DNA from: Vulcanimicrobiota bacterium
GTDB taxonomy: Bacteria; Vulcanimicrobiota; Vulcanimicrobiia; Vulcanimicrobiales; Vulcanimicrobiaceae
Reading direction: 5' to 3'
DNA: 64,000 nucleotides
NCBI GenBank assembly: GCA_963812155.1
Contig: CAWETW010000003.1
Span: 640,001-704,000 of the forward strand
Shown here: positions 10,730-21,357 of the stretch, piece by piece
How the letters are laid out: every line of letters starts with the position of its first letter
How positions within the stretch are numbered: the stretch's first letter is position 1
The notes under the pieces: model-generated
Database searches by the model: none
What the model was told of the DNA's origin: nothing
The model's input: the letters and a program-made list of their open reading frames with translations, nothing else
Made by a program: the position numbers and the translations under genes

Positions 10730-11411
10730 AGGCGACGTCGTCGTACTGCTTCGCAAACGGAAAAGCGAGGTAGGCGAGCGCGAGTGCTCGCGCGGCCGCC
10801 ATTACGAGTTGCCATTCGAGCGGAGTGAGACGCGTCAGCAAGTAGGGTAAACCGATCGGCACGAGCACGTACCAGATCGCGAAGAAGACGACGGCGAGCA
10901 CGATCGAGGCCGCCACGTTGGCACGCACGCCTCGTATCGAGGCCGAAAGCGCCAGCGAGCCCGGCATGCCGCCGATCGCCGCCGCCGGCATCGTGTAAAT
11001 GAGGAAAAATGCGGCGACGGCGCCGAGCCCGAGCCCCACGTAGGCGCCGAGAAACGAGCCGATGTACGACGCCGCCCAAAAGATGAACTGAAATCCGACG
11101 GCTGCCAGCGCGATCCCGCCGAACTTCGCGCGCGCTTCGTCCCACGCTTCGTCGAACGAGCCGCGCCGGCTTCGCCAGATGTTGCTAGCCTGCACGATCG
11201 CCACGCCGAACGCCCACAGGTACACGAGCTGAATCAGCATGACGAAGATGCCGGCTCCGGCGCCGCCGAGCGCGTTGGTGAGCCAGGGCGTCACTTGGTC
11301 GACCAGCACGTCCACCACGGCGGCCAGCAGCGGCACCGCGAGAATCGAAGGATGGCGCAGCAGGAGCGGCACGGCGCGCGCGTACATGGAAAGGTCGAGA
11401 ACTCGCGTCAT
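10713..11411 (-). CDS. Hypothetical multi-pass membrane protein
   Basis: 232 aa with about six hydrophobic helices, directly downstream of MTAP. Confidence 0.75.
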   Translation of the reverse strand: MTRVLDLSMYARAVPLLLRHPSILAVPLLAAVVDVLVDQVTPWLTNALGGAGAGIFVMLIQLVYLWAFGVAIVQASNIWRSRRGSFDEAWDEARAKFGGIALAAVGFQFIFWAASYIGSFLGAYVGLGLGAVAAFFLIYTMPAAAIGGMPGSLALSASIRGVRANVAASIVLAVVFFAIWYVLVPIGLPYLLTRLTPLEWQLVMAAARALALAYLAFPFAKQYDDVAFTRFW

Positions 11412-12209
11412 CTACAGGCGGGCTCCCTCGAGCGCGTGCTTGCACGAGCAATCGGCATCCACGTCGATGCGCTCGATCATTTTGCCGATCGCCGTGCGTA
11501 CGCGCTCGTTGTTACGCTTGAAAACTCCGACCACGGCCTCGACGGTCACCGGCGGAATGCCTTCGAGCCCGACGTCGTAGTCGGTGACGAGCGAGATGTT
11601 TACGTAGCACATCTCGAGTTCGCGCGCGAGATAACACTCGGGATACTGCGTCATGTTGATGACTTCCCAGCCCTGATTCTGGTAGAACTTCGATTCGGCT
11701 CGCGTCGAGAAACGCGGGCCGGAAATGACGACGATCGTGCCGCGATCGTGCGTTTCGACGCCGATCGACCGCAACGCATCGACGGCGATAGGGCGCAGCG
11801 TCGGGCAGTATGGATCGGCAAAGCTGACGTGGGTGACCAGCGGTCCTTCGAAATACGTGCTGGGGCGTCCCCGCGTGAAGTCGACGACCTGGTCGCAGAC
11901 GACCATCGATCCCGGCGTGACCGCCTTTGCAAGCGAACCGGCGGCGGTCGGGCCGATGATCCACCGCACGCCCAGCGATTTCATCGCAAAGACGTTGGCG
12001 CGATAGTTGATCGCTTGCGGCGGAACTCGGTGATCGTTGGCGTGACGCGGCAAAAATGCGACGCGCTTGCCCGCAATTTCGCCGATGGAGACGCGGTCGC
12101 TCGGCGGGCCGTAGGGCGTTTCAATCCACGCTTCGCTCGCATCGTCCATCAGCGAATAGAATCCGGAACCTCCGAACACGCCGATGTCGGCAATCAACGC
12201 GCGAGCCAT
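11412..12209 (-). CDS. mtnP: S-methyl-5'-thioadenosine phosphorylase
   Basis: IGVFGGSGFY, TPYGPPS, FLPRH, INYRAN, GPRFSTRAES, INMT and VTDYD motifs. Confidence 0.92.
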   Translation of the reverse strand: MARALIADIGVFGGSGFYSLMDDASEAWIETPYGPPSDRVSIGEIAGKRVAFLPRHANDHRVPPQAINYRANVFAMKSLGVRWIIGPTAAGSLAKAVTPGSMVVCDQVVDFTRGRPSTYFEGPLVTHVSFADPYCPTLRPIAVDALRSIGVETHDRGTIVVISGPRFSTRAESKFYQNQGWEVINMTQYPECYLARELEMCYVNISLVTDYDVGLEGIPPVTVEAVVGVFKRNNERVRTAIGKMIERIDVDADCSCKHALEGARL

Positions 12210-12260
12210 GGGCGGCGTCTTCGAGGTGAGAGGCGCGTCCCCTCGAAGGTGTGCGCGTCG

Positions 12261-13886
12261 ATGCGCCGTGCACTTGTTTTCGCGTTTGCAGTGGCCGCTT
12301 TCGCCGGGTGCGCCAAAACCCCGGCACCTTCCGCAGCGGGCGCGCGACACCCATGGACGCTGCCGCACGTGCTTCGCATCGCCGACATTTCCGACCCCGA
12401 CCACCTCAACCCGTACCTGTCGGAGATGGACGTATCGTACGATCTGTCGTCGCTGGTTTATTCGTATTTAGTCGTCGCCGACGATCGCGGCAAGCTGACC
12501 GGCGATCTCGCGGCCGACGTTCCGTCGCTCGCCAACGGCGGCATCTCCCGCGACGGACGAACGTACGTCTACCATCTGCGACGCGACGTCGTCTGGCACG
12601 ACGGCGTCGCGTTCGGCGCGCGCGACGTCGTCGCATCGTGGCGCGCCGTCATGAATCCCGCCAACAATACCTTCGAACACGAAGGCTACGATCGCGTGGC
12701 TTCCATCGGCGCACCCGATCGCTACACCGTCGTGGTCCGTTTGCGCGAGCGCTATCCGCCCTTCGTGTCGCGTTTCTTCGCACCGCTGCAGGAAGGCGCG
12801 AAGCCCGTTCTTCCGGCGCACCTGCTCTCGGCCGGCGGCGGCTTCAATGCGGGCTCGCTCGCGTCGCATCCGGTTGGAACGGGTCCCTTTGCATTCGTGT
12901 CGTGGGCGCGCGGCGACCGCATCGTCCTGAAGCGCTTCGATCGCTATTTCAAAGGACGGCCGGCGCTCGCGAGGATCGATTTCCGCGTCATTCCGAGCGA
13001 CCAGACGATCGCCGTGATGCTCCAAGAACACCAAATCGACTTAGTGGTCGCGCCGCAAACGTCGCTCGTCGATCAGTACCGTTCGACACCTGGCCTGTAC
13101 GCCGGCACTGCGCCGTGGAACTCGCAAACCTCGCTCGTTCTCAACGCGCGCAAGCCCGGTTTGCACGACGTCGCCGTGCGGCGTGCAATTGCGATGGCGG
13201 TTCCCTACGCGGCGATTCTCCGCGACGTGACGCGCGGTTTGTACGAGCCGGCGCGCAACAGCTTGCCGCCGACCGCAATCGGCTACGAGCCGTTGCCGCC
13301 GCGGGGCACGGACCCGGCGACTGCGGGTGACGAACTGCAACGCGCCGGCTGGATTGCGGGGCCCGACGGCGTACGCGCGCGCGGGGGTGTGCGCTTGGAG
13401 TTTACGCTCGCAACCATCGCCGGCTGGAGCAACGGCGAACGCGTCGCGCTGCTCGTCCAGTCGGCGTTACGCTCGTCGGGGATTGCGCTGACGATCAAAA
13501 CGTACCCGTATCGTACGATATTCGCCGCACCGAACGGCCCGATCTATAGCGGCAACTACGACATCGCGCTCTATAGCAGCACCCTCAACTGGGATCCCGA
13601 CGTCTATAATTACACCGCCTGCGACCGTTGGTACCCGCAAGGACAAAACATCTTCCGTTTTTGCGACCCGCGCCTCGACGTGCTGGAGCGCGCCGGGTTG
13701 CAAACCGACGATCCGGCGCGCCGCGCGCCGGTATACCGGCGCGCGAGCCGACTGATGTGGTCGGAGGTTCCCTACGTTCCCGTCTACGAAGCTCGGCGGC
13801 TGATCGTCCGCTCCGTCGATCTCCAAAACTACCGCGTCAATCCAACGTCGACGCCGTGGTGGAACGCTTGGCAGTGGGACATTTGA
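12261..13886 (+). CDS. Peptide ABC transporter substrate-binding lipoprotein (family 5)
   Basis: Lipobox FAGC, plus VPSLANGGISRDGRTYVYHLR, WHDG, PVGTGPF and VRRAI. Confidence 0.9.
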   Translation: MRRALVFAFAVAAFAGCAKTPAPSAAGARHPWTLPHVLRIADISDPDHLNPYLSEMDVSYDLSSLVYSYLVVADDRGKLTGDLAADVPSLANGGISRDGRTYVYHLRRDVVWHDGVAFGARDVVASWRAVMNPANNTFEHEGYDRVASIGAPDRYTVVVRLRERYPPFVSRFFAPLQEGAKPVLPAHLLSAGGGFNAGSLASHPVGTGPFAFVSWARGDRIVLKRFDRYFKGRPALARIDFRVIPSDQTIAVMLQEHQIDLVVAPQTSLVDQYRSTPGLYAGTAPWNSQTSLVLNARKPGLHDVAVRRAIAMAVPYAAILRDVTRGLYEPARNSLPPTAIGYEPLPPRGTDPATAGDELQRAGWIAGPDGVRARGGVRLEFTLATIAGWSNGERVALLVQSALRSSGIALTIKTYPYRTIFAAPNGPIYSGNYDIALYSSTLNWDPDVYNYTACDRWYPQGQNIFRFCDPRLDVLERAGLQTDDPARRAPVYRRASRLMWSEVPYVPVYEARRLIVRSVDLQNYRVNPTSTPWWNAWQWDI

Positions 13887-13892
13887 AATCGT

Positions 13893-13927
13893 CCTTCGAC
13901 TGCGCTTCGCTGCGCTCAGGATGACAC
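13893..13927. repeat. REP-like intergenic repeat (CCTTCGACTGCG...CGCTCAGGATGACA family)
   Basis: ccttcgactgcgcttcgctgcgctcaggatgacac lies between convergent genes and matches the copies at 24733-24831, 27956 and 39794. Confidence 0.8.
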
Positions 13928-13937
13928 GTGCGTAAGG

Positions 13938-15284
13938 TTAGTCGTCGAGGATGAGATTCGAGGGCGTTTCGTTGAGGAAGTAGCTCTCGGGATAGTCGGC
14001 CTGAATCTGTTTGAAGGGCCGCGGCGATTGTTTGAAATCGAACGCATCCAACATCGAGGCGGCGCGGCGATCGGTTGTGCCGGTGGTTCCCACTCCGAAG
14101 ATCTGTTCGATCGTTTTCAGAATGCTTCCAAATTCGTACTGCTGGTGCTCGACGTAGCCTTTCTTGGCGTACGGCGATACGATGAGACACGGAACGCGTA
14201 TACCCAATCCGCGATAGTCGAGCTGCGGGGGCGCGACGTTATCGTACCAGCCGCCCCAATCGTCCCATACGACGACGATCGCCGAAGTATTCCAATCGGG
14301 GCCCGTGCCGATCGCATTGACGACCGACGCCACCCACGAGGGCCCGGTTTTCGACCCAGCTTCGGGATGATCGGAGTTCGCCATCGTCGGAATCACCCAC
14401 GAAACGCCGGCAAGATTTCCGGATGCGGCGTCCTTGAGGATTTGCTTCGGCGTCTTGACGACGTTCGACCAATCTTTTCCGTAGCGAACGTCTTTGATCG
14501 CATCGAAGGCGTTCCACAGCGAGAGACCGCCTTGCGGATCGTTGTAGTACTTCCAGGATACCCCGGCGTCATCCAACGGGCCGGCCAGGGTGTGGAAGGA
14601 GAAGCACGGGAACGGGCCTTCGTGCTCCAAGTATTCGCCGGAGCTCGTGATCAGGTTCGTGACCGTTCCGGGCGGATCGTCGCAGCTGCCGTTCGCCGTT
14701 CTGCCGTCGTAGTAGGGCAGGTCGACGACCGACTTGCCGGCTGCCACCGTCGTCGTGCCGGCAATCAAGTTGAGATGCGCGGTAAAGCTCGGCCCCAACT
14801 CGGTCGGAAACATGTGATCGGCGAGCACGTACTGATTCGCCAGATCCCAGTACGGCTTGACGAGCGACCGCCGCACGTACTTGTACGGTTCGTATTTCGT
14901 AAACGGCGGCGCCGGCGGCACTTCGTCGAATCCGTTCATCGCGCCGCCGTTGATGTCGGTGCGCGCGTTTGCGTAAGAGTGCGTGATGACGACCTTCGCA
15001 AACGTGGTCGCTCTGAGTTTTGTGGTCTTGCCGTCGTGCATCTTGCCGGTCATCGTCGAATCGGCCCCGGGATAACCGGCGAACAGATTGTCGAAGCTGC
15101 GGTTCTCCTGCACGACGACGATCACATGGCGGATCGGCGTCTTGCGGTAGGGTTGGTCGAGATCGCCGGCGCGTGCGGTCACCGCCGGCGCAGAGGCGGG
15201 AGCGAATGCGCCGGCGCACGCGCTCAGCGTCAGGATTGCGACCGGAATGACGCCGGCACCGAGCCGCGCGATCCAACGTCTCAC
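13938..15284 (-). CDS. Phosphoesterase / phospholipase C family lipoprotein
   Basis: LSAC lipobox, IRHVIVVVQENRSFDNLF, QYVLADHMF, SDHP, WDDWGGWYD, GIRVP and YEFGSIL. Confidence 0.9.
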   Translation of the reverse strand: MRRWIARLGAGVIPVAILTLSACAGAFAPASAPAVTARAGDLDQPYRKTPIRHVIVVVQENRSFDNLFAGYPGADSTMTGKMHDGKTTKLRATTFAKVVITHSYANARTDINGGAMNGFDEVPPAPPFTKYEPYKYVRRSLVKPYWDLANQYVLADHMFPTELGPSFTAHLNLIAGTTTVAAGKSVVDLPYYDGRTANGSCDDPPGTVTNLITSSGEYLEHEGPFPCFSFHTLAGPLDDAGVSWKYYNDPQGGLSLWNAFDAIKDVRYGKDWSNVVKTPKQILKDAASGNLAGVSWVIPTMANSDHPEAGSKTGPSWVASVVNAIGTGPDWNTSAIVVVWDDWGGWYDNVAPPQLDYRGLGIRVPCLIVSPYAKKGYVEHQQYEFGSILKTIEQIFGVGTTGTTDRRAASMLDAFDFKQSPRPFKQIQADYPESYFLNETPSNLILDD

Positions 15285-15292
15285 GGGTGGCG

Positions 15293-15769
15293 TCAGCGGT
15301 TGAAGTCCGAGGGTTTGAGGTCGTCGAGGAACTTCTTGAAGCGCGCCATCTCGTTGTCGTTGACGGGCTTCTTTTCGGCGGTCGATTCCTCGAGGACGAT
15401 CTTGTCGGAGACGAAGATCGGCGCCTGAACGCGCAGCGCGAGCGCGATGCCGTCGGACGGCCGCGCGTCGATCTCCTGGAGATCGCCGTTGGTGCGCACG
15501 ACGAGCTTCGCGAAGAACGTCGAGTCCTTGATGTCGTGAATGACGACCTGCTCGAGGTTGGCGTTGAGGGTTTCGAGGATGCTGCGCATGAGGTCGTGCG
15601 AGAGCGGCCGCGGCACCGGAGCGCCTTCGAGCGCGAGCGCGATCGCGGTTGCTTCGAACGGCCCGATCAGGATCGGTAGGTAATGCGATCCGTCCATGTC
15701 CTTGAGGATGACGACCGGATCGTGGGTCAAAAGGTCGATGCCGAGTTTGTCGACCTTCATCTGGCGCAT
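15293..15769 (-). CDS. Bifunctional nuclease family protein (DUF151)
   Basis: PVVIL, LPILIGPFEA, RPLSHDL and IDARPSDGIALA. Confidence 0.92.
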   Translation of the reverse strand: MRQMKVDKLGIDLLTHDPVVILKDMDGSHYLPILIGPFEATAIALALEGAPVPRPLSHDLMRSILETLNANLEQVVIHDIKDSTFFAKLVVRTNGDLQEIDARPSDGIALALRVQAPIFVSDKIVLEESTAEKKPVNDNEMARFKKFLDDLKPSDFNR

Positions 15770-15874
15770 GGACGACGTATCCGACGCGTCCCGGGTGGTC
15801 GCCTCCAAGCGTAGCGGCGGCCCCGGGGCGGGTAGGGCGAGCGGCGCGAGCAGCCGAACGGAGGGCGGTTCATC

Positions 15875-16968
15875 ATGGCCCTCTCGTGCGGAATCGTGGG
15901 CTTGCCCAACGTCGGCAAGTCGACAATTTTTAACGCGCTGACGCGCTCGGCGCAAGCGCTCGCGGCGAACTATCCGTTCGCGACGATCGAACCGAATGTC
16001 GGCGAAGTCGCAGTTCCCGACGAACGGCTGCGCGTTCTGCAAAGCTCGTCAACGCACGTCGCATCGTTCCGGCAACCGTGCGGTTCGTCGACATCGCGGG
16101 ATTGGTTCGCGGAGCGAGCACCGGCCAAGGACTCGGCAACGCGTTTCTCAGCCACATCCGCGAAACGGATGCGGTGGCGATGGTGGTGCGCTGCTTCGAA
16201 GATCCCGACGTTACGCACGTCGAAGGCCACCCGGATCCGCGCCGCGACGTCGAAATCGTCGGGATCGAGCTGGCACTTGCGGACCTCGAGACGATGCGTC
16301 GCCACATTCCCAAACTGGAGCGTGAAGTTCGCACCGACGCCAAACTTCGAGGCCGCCTCGAGGCGGCGCGCGCGGTTGCGGCGGCGTTGGAAGAGGGCAG
16401 ACCCGCGCGCGCGTTTCCGCACGGATCTCCGCAAGCCGAATCGGCGGCCGCCGCGTCATTGCTCACCGCGCGCCCGCTCCTCTACGTTGCCAACATCGCC
16501 GAATCGCAAATCGGCAATCCGGGGCCGATGGTCGAAGTGCTTCGCGAGATCGCTGCGGCAGAGGACGGCCGCCTGGTGGTGCTTTCGGGAAAGGTCGAGG
16601 CCGAACTCGCCGGCCTCTCGGACGACGAGGCGCGCGATTTTCGCGGCGAACTGGGGCTCGTGCGCAGCGGTCTCGACGAACTGGCCGTCGCCGCCTACGA
16701 CGCGCTCGGCCTGATGACGTTTCTCACGGCGGGCGAAAAGGAAGTGCGCGCCTGGACGATCCCCCGCGGCACCAAGGCGCCCGAAGCAGCCGGACGCATT
16801 CACGGCGACATCGAGCGCGGCTTCATTCGCGCGGAGATCGTGTCGTACGACGATTACGTCGCGCACCGAACGATGGAGGCGCTGCGAGCCGCCGGACTGA
16901 TGCGCAGCGAAGGACGCGAGTACGTCATGCACGAGGGAGACGTCGTCAACTTCCGCTTCAATGTCTAA
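15875..16968 (+). CDS. ychF: Redox-regulated ATPase YchF (frameshift near 16045)
   Basis: [40 protein letters not shown] and GFIRAE...FRFNV. Confidence 0.95.
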
Positions 16969-17058
16969 TAGCGGCACTACGACTTTTCACTCAGCGACCC
17001 GATGCGGAGGGGTCGGGGAAGCCCGGGCGCAAGTCATGCCGCGGAGGCATCTACCTGT

Positions 17059-18328
17059 ATGGCGGTATTGACCACCCCTGCGCGTGAAGTTTCGGTTTTC
17101 GGCGATGCGATCGCATATTTCAAAGAAGCAGCCGATTTGCTCGAGCTCGACGCCGGAATGCGGCGTATCCTCACCAGCCCCGCACGCCAGATCATCTTTG
17201 CGATTCCCTTTCAGCGCGACTCGGGTGAGTTCGAAGTCTACACCGGCTACCGGGTGCAGTTCAGCTTTGCGCGCGGGCCGGCCAAAGGCGGCATTCGGTA
17301 CCATCCGGGCGTGACGCTCGACGAAGTCACCGCGCTGGCGTTCTGGATGACGTGGAAGTGCGCGGTGGTCGATCTGCCGTTCGGCGGCGGCAAAGGCGGC
17401 GTCACCTGCGATCCAAGTTCGCTCTCGATGAACGAAATCGAACGCATCACGCGCCGCTACGCGGCCGAACTGGTCGAAGTCGTCGGCCCCGACAAAGACG
17501 TGCCCGCGCCCGACGTCAACACGACGCCGCAAATCATGGCGTGGTTCATGGACACGTACTCGATGCACGTGCGCCAAAATCAGCCGGGCGTCGTCACCGG
17601 CAAGCCGCTCGAAATCGGCGGCTCGCGCGGTCGCGTCGAAGCCACCGGGCGCGGCGTGACGATCTGCGCGCTCGATCGAAATGAGCGAGATGGCATCCAT
17701 CCCGAAAATGCCACCGTCGCGATTCAAGGCTTCGGCAACGTGGGCCGCTACGCGGCGAAGCTTTTCGAGGAACGCGGCTGCCGCGTCGTCGGCATCTCCG
17801 ACGTCACCGGCGCGTACTATAACCCCGAAGGCATCTACGTCAGCGGCGCGATGGCCCACGTGGCGCAGCACGGCACGCTCGAAGGTTTCAAAGGCGGCGA
17901 CAGAATTACCAACGCCGAGTTGCTCGGCTCGCGAGTGCGACGTGCTCGTGCCGGCCGCACTCGAAAAGGTCTTCAACGCGGAGACCGCCGCCAAAGTTCA
18001 GGCTAAGCTCATCGTCGAGGGTGCGAACGGGCCGACGACGCCCGAAGCCGACCGCATCTTCAAAGAGAAGGGCATCGTCGTGATTCCCGACATCATGGCC
18101 AACGCGGGCGGCGTCACCGTCTCGTACTTCGAGTGGGTGCAAGACCGCATGGGATACTTTTGGAAGGAATCCGAGGTCAACCAGCGGCTCGAGGAGTTTC
18201 TTCTCGCGAATCTGCACGAAGTGCGCGCCATCAGCAACGCGCGCGGCGCCACCCTGCGCACCGCCGCCTACACGCTCGCGATCGACCGCGTCGTGAAGGC
18301 TTTGCGGATGCGCGGCATCTACGCCTAG
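17059..18328 (+). CDS. gdhA: Glu/Leu/Phe/Val dehydrogenase, probably glutamate dehydrogenase (frameshifts near 17680 and 17930)
   Basis: [44 protein letters not shown] and [14 protein letters not shown]. Confidence 0.92.
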
Positions 18329-18337
18329 CGCCTCATT

Positions 18338-20026
18338 TTAGTTTTGCGTCGGGCGGCGACGGTCGATGATGCCGCTCGACGACGGTCCGCACAGGGCGGG
18401 GTTCTGCGCACAGGGCGGGGCGTACGGATCCGGATAACAGTAGCTCGTATTGTTGCAGCGTTTTCCTGCGTACGCAGCCTTCACGTCGATTTGCGGAATA
18501 CGCGCGCCGTACGCGCCGTTGATCGTTGCGATGAATGCATAGGCGAGCAGTGCGTAGCCGGTGTTCGACGGATGCAAGCCGTCGAAGCTCACGAGGCCGC
18601 CTTCGAAGCCCAGCGTGCAGCATTGATTCGGGCGGCTGATGCCGATCGCCATGCGGAAGTACGGATTCGACGGGTCGCCGCTGGCAATACCGGAGAAGAT
18701 CGACGCCACGTCTACCAGCGGGGTCGACGTATTTTGGGCGGCCGTCGCGATGCCGTCGTTAACGGCCGTGTTGAGTGCCTGCACCTTCGCCGCGAATGCG
18801 GGCGTGATGTAGAACATTCCCAGCCCGCTGCCCGGTTTACCGTTGTCCAGATCCGGCAGCTTTCCGTGGTCGTGGTAGTACTGGATGATCGCAAACGTTC
18901 CCTGGAGCGTCAGATATCCGCACGGTTCGTCGAGCGAGGTGGGTTCGCAACCGCTCGGCGTAGCGAGGTGGTACTGCAGCGCAATCTTGGCAGTCAGGCC
19001 GGCGGCCACGGCCGGGGAAATCTGCAGAACCGTTTGGAAGACGCACGCGACGTACGTCTGAATATTCCGCGCGCAGATCGAGCGTGACGGAATCGTGACG
19101 CGCATGAAATACGGCGTCTCGAGGATGTTCGGAAGATTCGCCGCGACGACGTGGGCGCCGGCGTGTTTGAGCGTCCCGATGGCTTGCCGCAGGTCCGCCG
19201 CGGCTTGACCCGGCGTGGAGTCGCCGCCGAGGAAGAGGCCGCCCGAGCCCATGAACTTCAATACGTCGTTGGCGCCGAGCCATACGAGCGCGAGCGTCGG
19301 TTTCAACTGCGCCCCGGCGTTGACCATTGTGAGCTTCGAGTTCATGAACGACCAGTTGCGCAGCACCGGCCAGTACGTGCTGCTCTCGCCGTCGACGACT
19401 TGCTGTAACAGCCCGCGGATTCCCGGAAGCGCCTTGCACGTATTCGATTGGGGCTGCGAGATCATGTTGGCTTCGTGCAGCGTGATGCCGGGCACCGCGA
19501 CATTGCGAATCGTCGTCGAGAACGGATTCATGCGCACGCGTTTGCTGCCCGTTAAGAGATAGCCGGCCGCGTTGAAGCCGCCGTCGTCGGCGCACGCGTT
19601 GCCCTGTTTCTCCGGCTCGAACGGCAGGCCGAGGGCTGGAACGAGTTCATTGTTGATGCCGGGACCGGCGATCAATGGAAGCGGACTGACGTTCGGATCG
19701 AACTCGTTTGCAATCGCTTGCGAGAGCGGAAGTCCCGACGCCTGCTCGTCGACGTCGGCCCACCAGCCTTGCTCTTGCGTCGGCGGCACCGTGAGTCCGG
19801 GAAAGAGCGGGTCGGGCACGCCGGTAGCGCCGAGCATGCCGCCGGCTTGGTAGCCGGCCGTCAAACTATCGCCGACGCCGACGATGCGCGAGAGCAGCGG
19901 CTGTCCGCCGGGGTTGCCGCCGTTGCCGGCTGGAACGGCGCCGCCCGAGCTGCCGCCTCCGCCGCATGCGGTCATCGCCGTCAAGCTCGCAACTGCGAGC
20001 GCTTTTCGCAACGTTATGAGATTCAT
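18338..20026 (-). CDS. SGNH/GDSL hydrolase lipoprotein
   Basis: Lipobox MTAC with a Gly linker. Block I GDSLTAG, block II NVAVPG, block III WLGANDVL, block V DGLHPS. Confidence 0.85.
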   Translation of the reverse strand: MNLITLRKALAVASLTAMTACGGGGSSGGAVPAGNGGNPGGQPLLSRIVGVGDSLTAGYQAGGMLGATGVPDPLFPGLTVPPTQEQGWWADVDEQASGLPLSQAIANEFDPNVSPLPLIAGPGINNELVPALGLPFEPEKQGNACADDGGFNAAGYLLTGSKRVRMNPFSTTIRNVAVPGITLHEANMISQPQSNTCKALPGIRGLLQQVVDGESSTYWPVLRNWSFMNSKLTMVNAGAQLKPTLALVWLGANDVLKFMGSGGLFLGGDSTPGQAAADLRQAIGTLKHAGAHVVAANLPNILETPYFMRVTIPSRSICARNIQTYVACVFQTVLQISPAVAAGLTAKIALQYHLATPSGCEPTSLDEPCGYLTLQGTFAIIQYYHDHGKLPDLDNGKPGSGLGMFYITPAFAAKVQALNTAVNDGIATAAQNTSTPLVDVASIFSGIASGDPSNPYFRMAIGISRPNQCCTLGFEGGLVSFDGLHPSNTGYALLAYAFIATINGAYGARIPQIDVKAAYAGKRCNNTSYCYPDPYAPPCAQNPALCGPSSSGIIDRRRPTQN

Positions 20027-20042
20027 TACCGATGGCTCCGGT

Positions 20043-21290
20043 TTAAAGTGGGAAGAAGTTCGGCGATCCGATGCCGATCTGGAGTTGGAGTTGCGTCGCC
20101 TTCAGACCGCCGACGACCGGCCCGCAGTTTTGCGGTGAGACCGTCAGGCATTTAATCGCGGTGACGTTATCGGGTCCGAGATTGGTCGGGTTGCCGCTAT
20201 TGAGCACCAACTGGACGAAACCGTATTTCGCAAATCGCTGCGACACGCCCAAGAAATACGCGATGAGATGCTCGGGATAGGGATCCGTCGGCAGGTAGTC
20301 GCGCGCGCTCTGCGGCTCGACCCAGAATTTCGTATCCGGAAAGGGTGTATACTCCAGATAGAGCGTCTGGGGCGTCTGTATGTGATTCGTACTATTGACG
20401 CCCGCCGTATGCACCAGCCACTGCGCCGCGATCGTGAAGGTTCCGAACATCTTCGGCGTCTTGAGGAACGGCAGCGTTACGGCGACGGCCTTGAACTGCG
20501 CCGTGCGCGTCGGCACGTCGCTGAAGTACGGTCCGTCGGGCGGCTTGTAGGCAAACGGCACGATGTCGTTGTTGTTGACCGATTCGCCGATCTGGCCGCC
20601 GCGCGTGACGTACGCCGGCGCGACGACGATTGGAAGCTCGTGTCCGCCGGGCATCCCCTTGATGAGAAAGAGCTGCTCGAGAAGAAAGATGCCGAACGTG
20701 TCTTTCGTTCTCACGTTGATATTTTGCCCGGTTCCCGGACCGCACACGTCGCTGCCGCCCAAGTCGGCGCACCCGACGGGGTTCTTAAAGCCTTGCACGT
20801 AGATCGGTGCCAGGCCGCTGTTGAAGCCGTACGGCCAGTGCTGCAACTGAAACATGCTGGCGACGATGCGGGTCGACGGCTGCCACGCGTACGAAACTGA
20901 GGCATCTACGCCGCCCATCAGCCAGCCCTGTTTTCCCAAGCTGCCGATGTTGCCGTACGGATAGGCCGTCGACACGTCTGCGCTGTACCCGATGCCGGTC
21001 GGAAAGCCGATGACCGGAGCGATACGCTGCTGACTAACGGGTGGAACTTGTGCGACCGTTCCATTCGGAAGCACGGACGGTGCAGGCGTGGCTGCGGCCG
21101 CTTGCCGGCGCGCGGCTTCCTGCTTCTTGCGTTCGGCGTCGATCGCGCTCTTGATCGCATCGTTCGCACCCGGCACGACGGATTGCTCGTAGACGTTTTC
21201 GATGCCGTCGGCACGTGCCGGTGCGACCGGCAGACACGACGCCGCAACTGCAACGACCGCAGCAAAAACGCAAAAGCGCAGTTTCAACAT
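20043..21290 (-). CDS. Hypothetical secreted protein, probable outer-membrane beta-barrel
   Basis: Signal peptide ending ARA-D. Many alternating amphipathic strands (VDASVSYAW, GTFTIAAQW, TLYLEYT, YFLGVSQR, QLQLQIGIG). Confidence 0.6.
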   Translation of the reverse strand: MLKLRFCVFAAVVAVAASCLPVAPARADGIENVYEQSVVPGANDAIKSAIDAERKKQEAARRQAAAATPAPSVLPNGTVAQVPPVSQQRIAPVIGFPTGIGYSADVSTAYPYGNIGSLGKQGWLMGGVDASVSYAWQPSTRIVASMFQLQHWPYGFNSGLAPIYVQGFKNPVGCADLGGSDVCGPGTGQNINVRTKDTFGIFLLEQLFLIKGMPGGHELPIVVAPAYVTRGGQIGESVNNNDIVPFAYKPPDGPYFSDVPTRTAQFKAVAVTLPFLKTPKMFGTFTIAAQWLVHTAGVNSTNHIQTPQTLYLEYTPFPDTKFWVEPQSARDYLPTDPYPEHLIAYFLGVSQRFAKYGFVQLVLNSGNPTNLGPDNVTAIKCLTVSPQNCGPVVGGLKATQLQLQIGIGSPNFFPL

Positions 21291-21357
21291 GCTGCGGACG
21301 TTGCGCCTCGGCGAGCCGAAAACCCTCGCGCCGCAAAAATGCGAACTAAAGTCGCAA

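Noticed and set aside
11295..12260. N-terminal extension of the 863-aa SBP ORF
   Set aside because: It is the antisense shadow of MTAP. The signal peptide starts at 12261.
16969..17058. Possible tRNA or riboswitch before gdhA
   Set aside because: Only a short hairpin (CGACCC...GGGTCG), with no cloverleaf or recognisable aptamer.
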